Part shown: positions 25,623 through 34,869 of the stretch, in pieces
Position numbering within the stretch: position 1 is the first letter of the stretch
Layout of the letters: each line of letters opens with the position of its first letter
Assembly: GCA_044892525.1 (NCBI GenBank)
Contig: CM097885.1
Coordinates: 9,984,001 to 10,048,000, forward strand
Length of the DNA stretch: 64,000 nt
Direction: 5' to 3'
DNA from: Schmidtea polychroa
Lineage: Eukaryota
The notes under the pieces: generated by a model
Told to the model about the DNA's origin: nothing
The model's input: the letters and a program-made list of their open reading frames with translations, nothing else
Databases searched by the model: none
Translations under genes and position numbers: made by a program

Positions 25623-25822
25623 CATATATACACCGAGTCTATCCGACAAGATATTCTGTCCCCCTATGGGTACTGCTCACAAATGTACTACTCACATTCA
25701 ACAAGTCACAAATGTACTACTCACACTCAACAAGTCACATGGGTACTGTTCACAAAGCTACTGGTAAAAATATTCAAGACAAAACTTTCTAAATTCTAAA
25801 TATTATTCTTTAAATATACACT
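23854..25822. repeat. Inner Polinton left TIR with 214-bp tandem units and TCAAGGTCA arrays
   Basis: Reverse complement of 39179-40969, with one more 214-bp unit than the right TIR. Confidence 0.95.
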
Positions 25823-26179
25823 AAAATTTATTAACACATTCACATTCATCATCTCCACAGTTCATAACATTTTCAACAACATGATCTATACAATCCCTAT
25901 ATACACACGGTTCAGTATCCGTAAATTCCTCCATAGGTTCATCAATTTCTTGAATGCTTTCCTCATCATCTTGAGTGTTTTCTTCATCTGTTTCATCAAA
26001 TTCCGAATCTTCACTCTCTGCTACCCAGCCGATATTTAATGAGTTTGTAACAGATAATATGTCCTCAATTTTCACACCAGATATTTCTGCTAACTTTTCC
26101 AATAAAAAGTTTATTATAAATTCTAAATATTAAATAATTCGATAATTAACTAATCATATTAACCTTTTTCTGTAGTCAT
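25821..26179 (-). CDS. Small acidic protein, two exons (predicted intron 26123-26163)
   Basis: ATG ACT ACA GAA AAA G|GT...TTTAG|AA gives MTTEKEFIINFLLEKLAEISG, in frame with ORF 25821-26102. The donor context is conserved in the relic at ~1141. Confidence 0.7.
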
Positions 26180-26275
26180 TATTAGTATTTTAAAACTATA
26201 GTATATATTTGTTTATAGAAAATATAGAATATAAGCGAAAACAAATATGACTAAATACATTTATTAAATACAACA

Positions 26276-26695
26276 TTAAAATAACTGTGAAAGTCTAGCA
26301 GACATAATTTTCCAAATTGGAGAATACACATCATTATTATCAACTTTATATCCTTGGATTGTAATTGTTATATACCAATTTTCGTTTTCTTTGAAACTGA
26401 TTTCATCAAAGGAATCATAAAATTTTGCATATCGGTTGTTGAAAAATGCATTTTGATTGCATGATAGATTCGTATTCAACCTTTTGAAAACATCATCTAT
26501 GGTTTTAATATCTAACATTGAAAGCGTGCCGGTTAAGAATTGAAATTGGGTAGGAATTAGCTTGATCGGTGACACCAATTTCATATTGATTTCTTCTTTT
26601 AAAAAATACATCTTGTAGTTGTGGAACATTTGAACAGGTTGTACAAGTTCTGGAACTACTTTTGGTTTTTCAGTGCTTGAAATTTTCTTGGTCAT
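26276..26695 (-). CDS. Hypothetical accessory protein (139 aa)
   Basis: Open ORF with upstream GGTATAAAAAC; a homologous relic at 362-952 supports that it is coding. Confidence 0.8.
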   Translation of the reverse strand: MTKKISSTEKPKVVPELVQPVQMFHNYKMYFLKEEINMKLVSPIKLIPTQFQFLTGTLSMLDIKTIDDVFKRLNTNLSCNQNAFFNNRYAKFYDSFDEISFKENENWYITITIQGYKVDNNDVYSPIWKIMSARLSQLF

Positions 26696-26803
26696 TGTGA
26701 ATTATGATTAAAATGAAATGGTACAGGGTTTTTATACCTATGACTATTGTTTATCATCCAATCAGATTGCAGTATGTTTTTGTTTTAATTGAATGATAAA
26801 TAA

Positions 26804-27268
26804 TTAATTAAGTGATAATAAAAAATCTAAAAATTCTTTTCCTTCAATTATTGATTTAATTTCAGATATGATATTATCAACTATACTTTTGTAATCAATA
26901 TTTTTTATTCCAAGAATTACTATCTTACCGCTAGCGAATATATTTACACACATAGGGTTATATTTTATATATCTCAAAGCTGGAAATAATTCTGGTTCAT
27001 AAAAGCATGGTATTAATTTAGCTAATTTATTTAAATTACAAGAAAAACCTATATCGGAAGTTACGGTTATCGATTGTATTTCTAAATCATAAACATTATA
27101 TTCACTAGCTTTGATTATTTCCTTACACCCCATAATTCTACATTTACCAGTTTTGAAATATATTATTGGATATTTATTACTTCTATTGATAAGTTGTTGT
27201 GGTTTCCCTATTGGAAATATCATTTTTGATACATCAGTTTTTGCCCTGTAATTTATATTTGAAAGCAT
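26804..27268 (-). CDS. TATA-binding-protein (TBP)-like protein
   Basis: Two TBP repeats: IYFKTGKCRIMG and IQSITVT...NLNKLA...YEPELFPALRY...NIFASGKIVILG. Confidence 0.92.
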   Translation of the reverse strand: MLSNINYRAKTDVSKMIFPIGKPQQLINRSNKYPIIYFKTGKCRIMGCKEIIKASEYNVYDLEIQSITVTSDIGFSCNLNKLAKLIPCFYEPELFPALRYIKYNPMCVNIFASGKIVILGIKNIDYKSIVDNIISEIKSIIEGKEFLDFLLSLN

Positions 27269-27373
27269 TTTAATGAAATAATTTTAAAAACTTTGATATA
27301 TATAGGTATTTAAAAACAGAGTTCATTTAAATTATCAATATAAACAATAATTATATAGTTTAAATTTTAAAAA

Positions 27374-28012
27374 ATGGAATTACGAAATGATGCAGTATAC
27401 CAAATCGTTGGTCCAAGTGGTAGCGGGAAAACTTTATTTGTTTGTAAATTACTAAAATCAAATTTGTTTAAAACAAAATTCAACAATATTTATTGGCATA
27501 GGGGCGCCGACGAAGAACACGGATTGACGCAATCAAGTTTCTGTCAGTTGAAAAACATGAAAATAGTAAAGGGCTTTGATAAAAACTGGTCAAGTCGTTT
27601 GAAGAAAGATGATGTCATCATTATCGATGATTTGTATCAAGAAGCCAATAAAGAAAAGGACTTTAATAATTTATTCACAAAAATCAGCAGACATGTTGGT
27701 GTAACAGTTATTTTCATAACACAAAATCTATTTCATCAAGGTGGTGCACATCGAACACGTAATTTAAATGTACAATATTTAGTTATTTTCAAGAATCCTA
27801 GAGATGCAACTGTCATTGATTTTCTTGGACGACAAGCATACCCTAATAACCGTAATTTTCTTATCAGTGCATTTCAAGATGCCACGAAAATACCGCATGG
27901 GTATATATTTCTCGATTTCACACAACAATGCCCTGATGATATACGGGTAAAAACAGATATTTTCAACCCAAAAGGTGCCATGGTATATAAACAAAGTTCA
28001 AAACAAAGTTGA
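27374..28012 (+). CDS. Genome-packaging ATPase (A32/FtsK-like)
   Basis: Walker A GPSGSGKT, Walker B IIIDD, LFTKISRH, FITQNLF. Confidence 0.95.
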   Translation: MELRNDAVYQIVGPSGSGKTLFVCKLLKSNLFKTKFNNIYWHRGADEEHGLTQSSFCQLKNMKIVKGFDKNWSSRLKKDDVIIIDDLYQEANKEKDFNNLFTKISRHVGVTVIFITQNLFHQGGAHRTRNLNVQYLVIFKNPRDATVIDFLGRQAYPNNRNFLISAFQDATKIPHGYIFLDFTQQCPDDIRVKTDIFNPKGAMVYKQSSKQS

Positions 28013-28025
28013 AAACATATAAATC

Positions 28026-28520
28026 ATGTTTTCAAAAACAAGGATATCGGGTAAAAAACAACCAAAAGTTCCACCAACAACTAGTTATACTCCATCTAAA
28101 GATCTTATTACAGAAAATTTTCCTGCAATGAATCTTATTTCGAAAAATCCTAAACCTAAACCTAAAAGTAAAACCACTAAGAAAGTAAAAGTTGTTAAAA
28201 ATCATCGGAGTTTCCCGTTTTTCAATACATTGTTAAAGGCACCAAGTATGAAAAGAAACAGTATTTTGCAATCATTTCCAAATTATGTTGTCGATGATTT
28301 ACTCGATATTATACTTAAAGTAGTCAAAGGCAAGATTAAAATCAGTAAATCTAAAAAGCAATTATTGAGTAAACATAGGAAACCTTTGCTATCATTAGTA
28401 AATAATAAAAATCGTCAACAAATGAGAAAAATTATATATAAACAACAAGGGGGATTTATCGGTGCATTGATACCTTTAGCAATATCATTATTAGGTGGAA
28501 TAATAGGAAGTCGATCATAA
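28026..28520 (+). CDS. Basic virion core-like protein with a C-terminal hydrophobic/amphipathic helix
   Basis: Lys-rich; ends QQGG|FIGALIPLAISLLGGII, a GG protease-site-like motif typical of Polinton core proteins. Confidence 0.7.
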   Translation: MFSKTRISGKKQPKVPPTTSYTPSKDLITENFPAMNLISKNPKPKPKSKTTKKVKVVKNHRSFPFFNTLLKAPSMKRNSILQSFPNYVVDDLLDIILKVVKGKIKISKSKKQLLSKHRKPLLSLVNNKNRQQMRKIIYKQQGGFIGALIPLAISLLGGIIGSRS

Positions 28521-28523
28521 ACA

Positions 28524-28751
28524 ATGGGTGCTAATCCTTCATTACCAGACATTAAATTTAATATTAAATCTTCTTGTTGTAATGGAGAAGATTTGGACGA
28601 ACCCGGAAGACGAAGCCGGTTTTGGTGGAGTGGCAAAATTAAGGAAAAGAGTTCCGAATTCGAAAAAGGAAACACAGAAGTGGTTATCAGACCAGCTTGC
28701 GTACAGTTTGAACAAACCAATGCGGAAACGATTCCCAACAAGAGCATATAA
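28524..28751 (+). CDS. Putative overprinted myristoylated microprotein (75 aa)
   Basis: MGANPS (MGxxxS) plus a CC pair. First ATG after the upstream stop; overlaps the integrase 5' end in another frame. Confidence 0.4.
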   Translation: MGANPSLPDIKFNIKSSCCNGEDLDEPGRRSRFWWSGKIKEKSSEFEKGNTEVVIRPACVQFEQTNAETIPNKSI

Positions 28752-29640
28752 AACATATGGAATAAATGATTTATGGCAAATGGATTTGATGGAGATGATA
28801 CCCTATTCGAAAATTAACAATGGGTATAAATATATTTTAACATGTATTGATGTATTCAGTCGGTTTGCCCGAGCAATACCCGTCAAGGCAAAATCTGCAG
28901 ATGAAATGTCCAAAGCTGTTAATCATTTATTTAAAGATGGACATCCTAAAAACTTGCAAACTGATTTAGGTATTAATATTATTATTATTAATATTATTAT
29001 TATTATTATTTTAGGTAAAGAATTCTACAACAGTAAAGTCAAGCAAATCCTCAATAAATTGAAAATAAACCATTACTCAGTACATTCTCAATACAAAGCT
29101 GCTCATGTTGAAAGATTTAACCGAACTTTGAGAGATAGATTAAAGAAATTATTCGTGCATCAAGGTAATAAAAAATGGGTATTGGTTTTACCAAAAATAA
29201 TAACCAGTTATAATCACTCATCACATCAAGGACTGAGTGGATTAAGGCCGATTGATATCACGTCAAAAACAATCTATTCTAAAAAACCTGAAAAAATTAC
29301 AAAACCGAAATATAAAGTAGGTGACCATGTTAGAATTAGTAAAATTAGTGCATCACCATTTATTAAAAATTTCGATACAAATTGGAGTGATGAAGTCTTT
29401 GTAATTTCAAAAATAAATACTAAACAGAATCCTGTAATGTATGTCATCAAAGATAATGATAACAATATTGTACAAGGAAAATTTTATGAGCAGGAATTAC
29501 AAGTTATTCCTCCCCCAAAAGTATTTAGAATTCAGAAGATTTTGAAAACTAAAAATAAAGGCAAGGATAAACAATACTATGTCAAATGGCATGGTTATCA
29601 AAACCCATCATGGATATCAGAAAAGGATCTAGTAAAGTGA
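28582..29640 (+). CDS. Retroviral-type integrase with C-terminal chromodomain; 45-bp intron 28970-29014
   Basis: WQMDL, QTDLG^KEF after intron removal, VERFNRTL, YNHS.H, PKYKVGDHVRISK, YYVKWHGY..PSWI. Confidence 0.95.
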   Translation: MEKIWTNPEDEAGFGGVAKLRKRVPNSKKETQKWLSDQLAYSLNKPMRKRFPTRAYKTYGINDLWQMDLMEMIPYSKINNGYKYILTCIDVFSRFARAIPVKAKSADEMSKAVNHLFKDGHPKNLQTDLGINIIIINIIIIIILGKEFYNSKVKQILNKLKINHYSVHSQYKAAHVERFNRTLRDRLKKLFVHQGNKKWVLVLPKIITSYNHSSHQGLSGLRPIDITSKTIYSKKPEKITKPKYKVGDHVRISKISASPFIKNFDTNWSDEVFVISKINTKQNPVMYVIKDNDNNIVQGKFYEQELQVIPPPKVFRIQKILKTKNKGKDKQYYVKWHGYQNPSWISEKDLVK

Positions 29641-30653
29641 ATTTTTATACTATTTTACCAAGCAATAGTTGCCCGCTTATTCATCCAGATAATCAAGCCA
29701 GTAAATTCATGGTCAATCTCCAGAATCCGATTTCTTTAAATGGGGACTGGGAAGTTGCACTGCAAGATTTTACATTCGTGTACAATACATTCCCATTTTA
29801 TAGTCAATGTAAGATTGATTTCAAAAGGAATGCTATGAAAACATGTAGTGGTATCTTTATTATCAGTAATTATGATAAAACATATCATATTCCGAATCAA
29901 ATATTAGATCAGCACTGCTCTATGTTTTACAAGGATGGATTAAATATCAGTTGTGATTTTAAACCATTTACAATAACATTCGAATATATTGAAGATGCCA
30001 GACGAATGGGTTGCAATAAGTTGAAAAATGAAGTTATGGAAACAGAATATTTATTACGCTTTGATCTATTTGAAGCAAACAGTGTAATGAGAGAAGAAAT
30101 CAAAATATCAGTGTCGTATAATAATGAAGTTGAAGAATCATTCACCTTCGCTGACGAATTATATATTGATAAACTTGATGTGTTACTTAAATATTTAAAG
30201 TATAATTGTTCACACATATTTAAAAGTTTGGACATTGTGAAAGATTTGTTATTTACCTTCAGTTTGAATGATGACATTTGCGAAGTTACATTTGATAAAA
30301 ATTTGACAAATACACTTGGATTAGAGAAGCAGCAATATCGGGAAAAATCGGCTGGTATACGTAAACCAAGAATACTTGAACATCATCAACAAATGTTCAT
30401 ATATACTAATATTATTGAGCCTATAATAGTTGGTGATTCCAGTGTTCCTCTATTGAAATCGGTGTGGATTGGAAAATATGAACATGATGAAGTTGTCAAT
30501 ATAAATATAGATAATCCCATGTATTTACCAATTTCAAGCTCATGTATAAACAATATAGAAATAAATATTCGTGACGATAGTGGAAAACTTATAAACTTCC
30601 CAAAAGACTCAAAAACTCATTTGACACTACATTTTCGTAAAGTAGATGGCTAA
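29586..30653 (+). CDS. Minor capsid (penton-like) protein; start codon uncertain
   Basis: FYTILPSNS..HPDN, WEVAL, MFIYTNIIEP.IVGD...PLL, IEINIRDDSG, LTLHFR. Confidence 0.9.
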   Translation: MAWLSKPIMDIRKGSSKVNFYTILPSNSCPLIHPDNQASKFMVNLQNPISLNGDWEVALQDFTFVYNTFPFYSQCKIDFKRNAMKTCSGIFIISNYDKTYHIPNQILDQHCSMFYKDGLNISCDFKPFTITFEYIEDARRMGCNKLKNEVMETEYLLRFDLFEANSVMREEIKISVSYNNEVEESFTFADELYIDKLDVLLKYLKYNCSHIFKSLDIVKDLLFTFSLNDDICEVTFDKNLTNTLGLEKQQYREKSAGIRKPRILEHHQQMFIYTNIIEPIIVGDSSVPLLKSVWIGKYEHDEVVNINIDNPMYLPISSSCINNIEINIRDDSGKLINFPKDSKTHLTLHFRKVDG

Positions 30654-31008
30654 TTCCGATATTATTAGTATGTATAGTGATAGCCAATCTGGTGGTGAAT
30701 TACCATATTTTATTGGTAAACAGTATGGATCAGGTTGGTTAAAAACAATAGGGAGATTTGCACTTCCCATTCTTAAACGTATTGGTAGTTTTGGCATGAA
30801 AACTGCAAAAGATGTGATTATGAATGAACAGAAAATATTACCATCCCTAAAAACAAATGCTTTAGCTGAGTTAGGGAAGGTTCTACCTGGAGTTGCTGGT
30901 ATGTTTCAAAAAGATACACCTCCAGTCCCAGCTCCAAAACGTAAAGGGCATGGAATATCGCGTATAAACAAACGAATGAAAGGACATGGAACTATATTTG
31001 CAAAATGA
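30646..31008 (+). CDS. Small basic core-protein precursor
   Basis: QSGG.LPYF.G.QYGSG..RFALPILK and repeated KGHG motifs; lies directly upstream of the MCP. Confidence 0.75.
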   Translation: MANSDIISMYSDSQSGGELPYFIGKQYGSGWLKTIGRFALPILKRIGSFGMKTAKDVIMNEQKILPSLKTNALAELGKVLPGVAGMFQKDTPPVPAPKRKGHGISRINKRMKGHGTIFAK

Positions 31009-32228
31009 TTTGTGGTAAATCCGAATTATGTATATTTGATAGACCGTCGCCCCAGGCAGTAATAGAATTTGGTGCCTTTGAGGAAGTTTTTCCTATGAAT
31101 TCAATTACTGATAGTAGAAATGATATCGAGTTTTATATTAATGGTTCGCAAACTGAATATTTAGATTTGAACGATACTTTATTGACTGTTCAGATCAAGG
31201 TTGTAGATAAAGATAGAAAGGTTTTGGATGCCAATGCTGATGTATTACCAAACAATTTCATGTTTCATACTCTGTTTAAAGATGCAGTGTTGGGATTTAA
31301 TAATATCAAGATTGAGGGTGGAAATAATACATTCATTCACAAGGCTTTGATAGAAACTATTTTAAATTACAATTCAGATACTAAAAATACCTGTCTTACA
31401 CCTATGGGTTATGCAGCAGCAGATGATGAAAGAAAAAAGTGGGTTAAAGGCTCAAAATCATTCACTATGTGCTCATCATTACAACTTGATTTTATGGATC
31501 AACCGAAATATTTACTACCGGGAGTTAATATACATATTAGACTGAAAAGATCTGATTCTGCATTGTCTCTTACTAGTGCAACTGGTGCACCAATATGTCA
31601 ATTAGTTGATGCAAAATTATTGGTGAGAAGAGTTCGAGTAGACCCGTCAGTATTAGCTGGTCATCAATTGGGGCTTAATTCAAAACATGCAATTTATCCT
31701 TTAAAAACAAAGGAAATTGTACAATTTGCTATTGCTAAAGGTGCTTCATCATTCTATAAAGAACAAATATTTGGTGACAGAAGAATGCCTAATTTTATTC
31801 TGGTAACATTTCAAAGTGAAACGCAATATAATGGATCGTATACTGCTTCCAGCTCAATTTTCAAAAATTTTGGTGTTACTTCATTGACTTTATCGAAAAA
31901 TACTGATTATAGAGAAACATATACTCAAGATTTCGAGAATGATAATTACTGTGCGACATATATGCAGAGTATTGTTAGAAATCTGGGTTATTTAGATAAA
32001 AACTTGAATTGCGGAATAACTCTTGAAGAATTTAAAAGCAAATACCCATTTTTCACATTTGTTCTAGCTCCCGATTTTGATTTAAATCAGAGTCAATTAC
32101 CACAAAACGGGAATTTACGACTGGATATAAAGTTTGCAAAGGCCATTACTGAACCAGTACATGTTATAATATATGGAGTATTTGAAAATGAAGTTCAAAT
32201 TACTGCAAATAGAACCGTGCTAGTATAA
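31005..32228 (+). CDS. Major capsid protein (hexon-like double jelly-roll)
   Basis: KSEL.IF..P..Q, IEFYI.G...EYLDL, QPKYLLPGV, L.VRRV, GNLRLDIKF. Confidence 0.93.
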   Translation: MICGKSELCIFDRPSPQAVIEFGAFEEVFPMNSITDSRNDIEFYINGSQTEYLDLNDTLLTVQIKVVDKDRKVLDANADVLPNNFMFHTLFKDAVLGFNNIKIEGGNNTFIHKALIETILNYNSDTKNTCLTPMGYAAADDERKKWVKGSKSFTMCSSLQLDFMDQPKYLLPGVNIHIRLKRSDSALSLTSATGAPICQLVDAKLLVRRVRVDPSVLAGHQLGLNSKHAIYPLKTKEIVQFAIAKGASSFYKEQIFGDRRMPNFILVTFQSETQYNGSYTASSSIFKNFGVTSLTLSKNTDYRETYTQDFENDNYCATYMQSIVRNLGYLDKNLNCGITLEEFKSKYPFFTFVLAPDFDLNQSQLPQNGNLRLDIKFAKAITEPVHVIIYGVFENEVQITANRTVLV

Positions 32229-32640
32229 ATGTATACAGAAACACCAAAAAGTTGTCATGGAGTAAGTTTTTCAATACTGTTTAATTTATTAAAGTAGTTC
32301 TGTTCAGGTCAATAGAATTGGAAAACAGATATTGGGAAATGAATTTGTAGGAGTTTTTCCTCTCGATAAAATCCCATATTTGAGCAATAATCAAGCCATA
32401 ATCGTCAATACTCAATCGTCTCATCTTGGTGGAGAACATTGGATTGCTATATATGTGAAACCTAGTAATATATTCGTGTTCGATCCTATGGGTTTCTATT
32501 ACCCTGCTTTGTTGGTATCAAAACTACAAACAATGGGGAAACCTATTGTATATAATAAAACAATGTTTCAAAATCCCTTGACACAAACATGCGGTCAACA
32601 TTGTTTAGCTTGGTTGTTGTATAAAAAATTTGATGTTTAA
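32229..32640 (+). CDS. Adenain-like cysteine protease; predicted intron 32262-32307
   Basis: FVGVFP.D, GEHWIA, FDPMG, QNP..QTCGQHC. ATG exon 32229-32261 with a GTAAGT donor joins in frame at TTCAG|32308. Confidence 0.88.
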
Positions 32641-32657
32641 TAAATGTATCCTTTCCT

Positions 32658-33135
<478 letters not shown>

Positions 33136-33218
33136 AATATCCAAATAAAGACTACACAATCATTGTGCATGCACAAAGTCATGACTAACAAAGATGTGTA
33201 ATCCCATTTGATACCATT

Positions 33219-33304
33219 TGATTGGCTGATAGAGGAAAAAGTATTCAGGAATGTGTCTTAATTCTGATTGGTTGAGACATGGAAATATTCATGTTCTATA
33301 TAAA
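33219..33304 (+). promoter_or_regulatory. Pol II promoter: two inverted CCAAT boxes plus a TATA box
   Basis: TGATTGG at ~33219 and ~33265, TATATAAA at 33297-33304, ATG at 33365. Confidence 0.65.
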
Positions 33305-33364
33305 CATTGACAAATTCCAAATTCATCACAATTTATCAAAATTTTCAATTTCTGATTTTTCAAA

Positions 33365-33908
33365 ATGTCTAACAATAACAACAACATATTAAGAAGTCTA
33401 TTGACTACCGGTAATTTTATTATTTATTTATTTATTATATTTTATTCTTTATTTTTTAGATGTGTTCGATTGGTATCAAGTTACTGAGGACGAAAGAATT
33501 TTGAATGTTGATAGGATTTTCGGTAAATTTAAATATTTTATTTTTTATGAAATTATTATTTTATTTAGAACCTATTATAATTAGCGACGATGATGATGTC
33601 GTATTTATTGGGCAAACTAATGCCCCAGTTTCCTGTAATGTTTTTAATGAACAAAGTAAATTTATTTTATTTTAGTATATTATTTTTTAAAAATCATTTT
33701 AGTGTTTAATGTTGACATGGACGCTGAAATCGATGTTCCAATTAATAATGATTCTATTGAGGAGATGAATAATGCACTGACTTCTATCGATGAGCTGAAT
33801 TATGTGGATAATACAATCGAGGAGCTTGTTAATGTGGATAATGCCCTCACTTCTATTGAGGAGGTTGCTGATAATGAATCAGATTCCGACATGGAATCAC
33901 GATGTTAG
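33365..33908 (+). CDS. Four-exon acidic protein (~133 aa) with SIM-like motifs
   Basis: Exons 33365-33410, 33460-33522, 33569-33655, 33703-33908. Three GT..AG phase-1 introns of 49, 46 and 47 bp give a continuous frame. Confidence 0.8.
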
Positions 33909-34062
33909 TATTTATTTATTTTTATATATTTATTTTTTTTTTAAAAACCTTGTAAATTTCTTAAATACTTTTTAAACATTTTCTTTAAAAACTTATTTAT
34001 AAAAACTTATTATGAAAATGAAGAAAATATTATGTTGAAATTGAAAATGTTATGTTGACTAA

Positions 34063-34166
34063 ATGATGAAAATATTATGATGAAGAAAATGATGAAAATA
34101 TTATGATGAAGAAAATGATGAAAATATTATGATGAAGAAAATGATGAAAATATTATGATGAAGAAA
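34063..34166. repeat. 4 x 26-bp tandem repeat
   Basis: ATGATGAAAATATTATGATGAAGAAA x4. Confidence 0.9.
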
Positions 34167-34292
34167 ATGTTTAAAAAGTATTTAAGAAACAATAGTTTTA
34201 AAATATTCCTTGTAGTTTGCAATGAGCAACTACATTAGTTAAAATAATAATAATAATAATAATAATATTAAAAATAGTAATAAAAATATATC

Positions 34293-34683
34293 TTGTAGTC
34301 TGCAGTGAGCATGCAGCTACATATCTCTTTTATCATGATTGCCCCAATAAATGTAGTCTGCAGTGAGCATGCAGCTACATCAAACTAATTATTTATTACG
34401 TAATACATACCCTTTATTAAATGTGTCTAAATGCAGCTGCGTCAAACTAAATATTTATTACGTAATACATACCCTTTATTAAATGTGTCTAAATGCAGCT
34501 GCGTCAAACTAAATATTTATTACGTAATACATACCCTTTATTAAATGTGTCTAAATGCAGCTGCAACAAACTATTTATTACGTAATAATTAACCCTTATT
34601 AAATATAGTCTGCATGCAGCTGCATCAACTATTTATTATGTAATAATTATAATCTTTAAATGTAATCTGCATGCAGCTGCATC
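34293..34683. repeat. Array of ~56-62-bp units with palindromes TATTACGTAATA and GCAGCTGC
   Basis: 62-bp period at 34381, 34443, 34505, plus degenerate units on both sides. Confidence 0.88.
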
Positions 34684-34869
34684 AATAATGATAATAATGA
34701 TAATAATAATAATAATAATAATAAAATCACACATTTATAGTTTACAAGACTTTATTAATATAAATACAATTTCATGATTAATATTAATTGATAAATATAA
34801 TTAACAGGCAAATTATATCCACATTACTGCCAGGCTTCAACTGGTCACTCAAATTTATGTCACAAAGTG

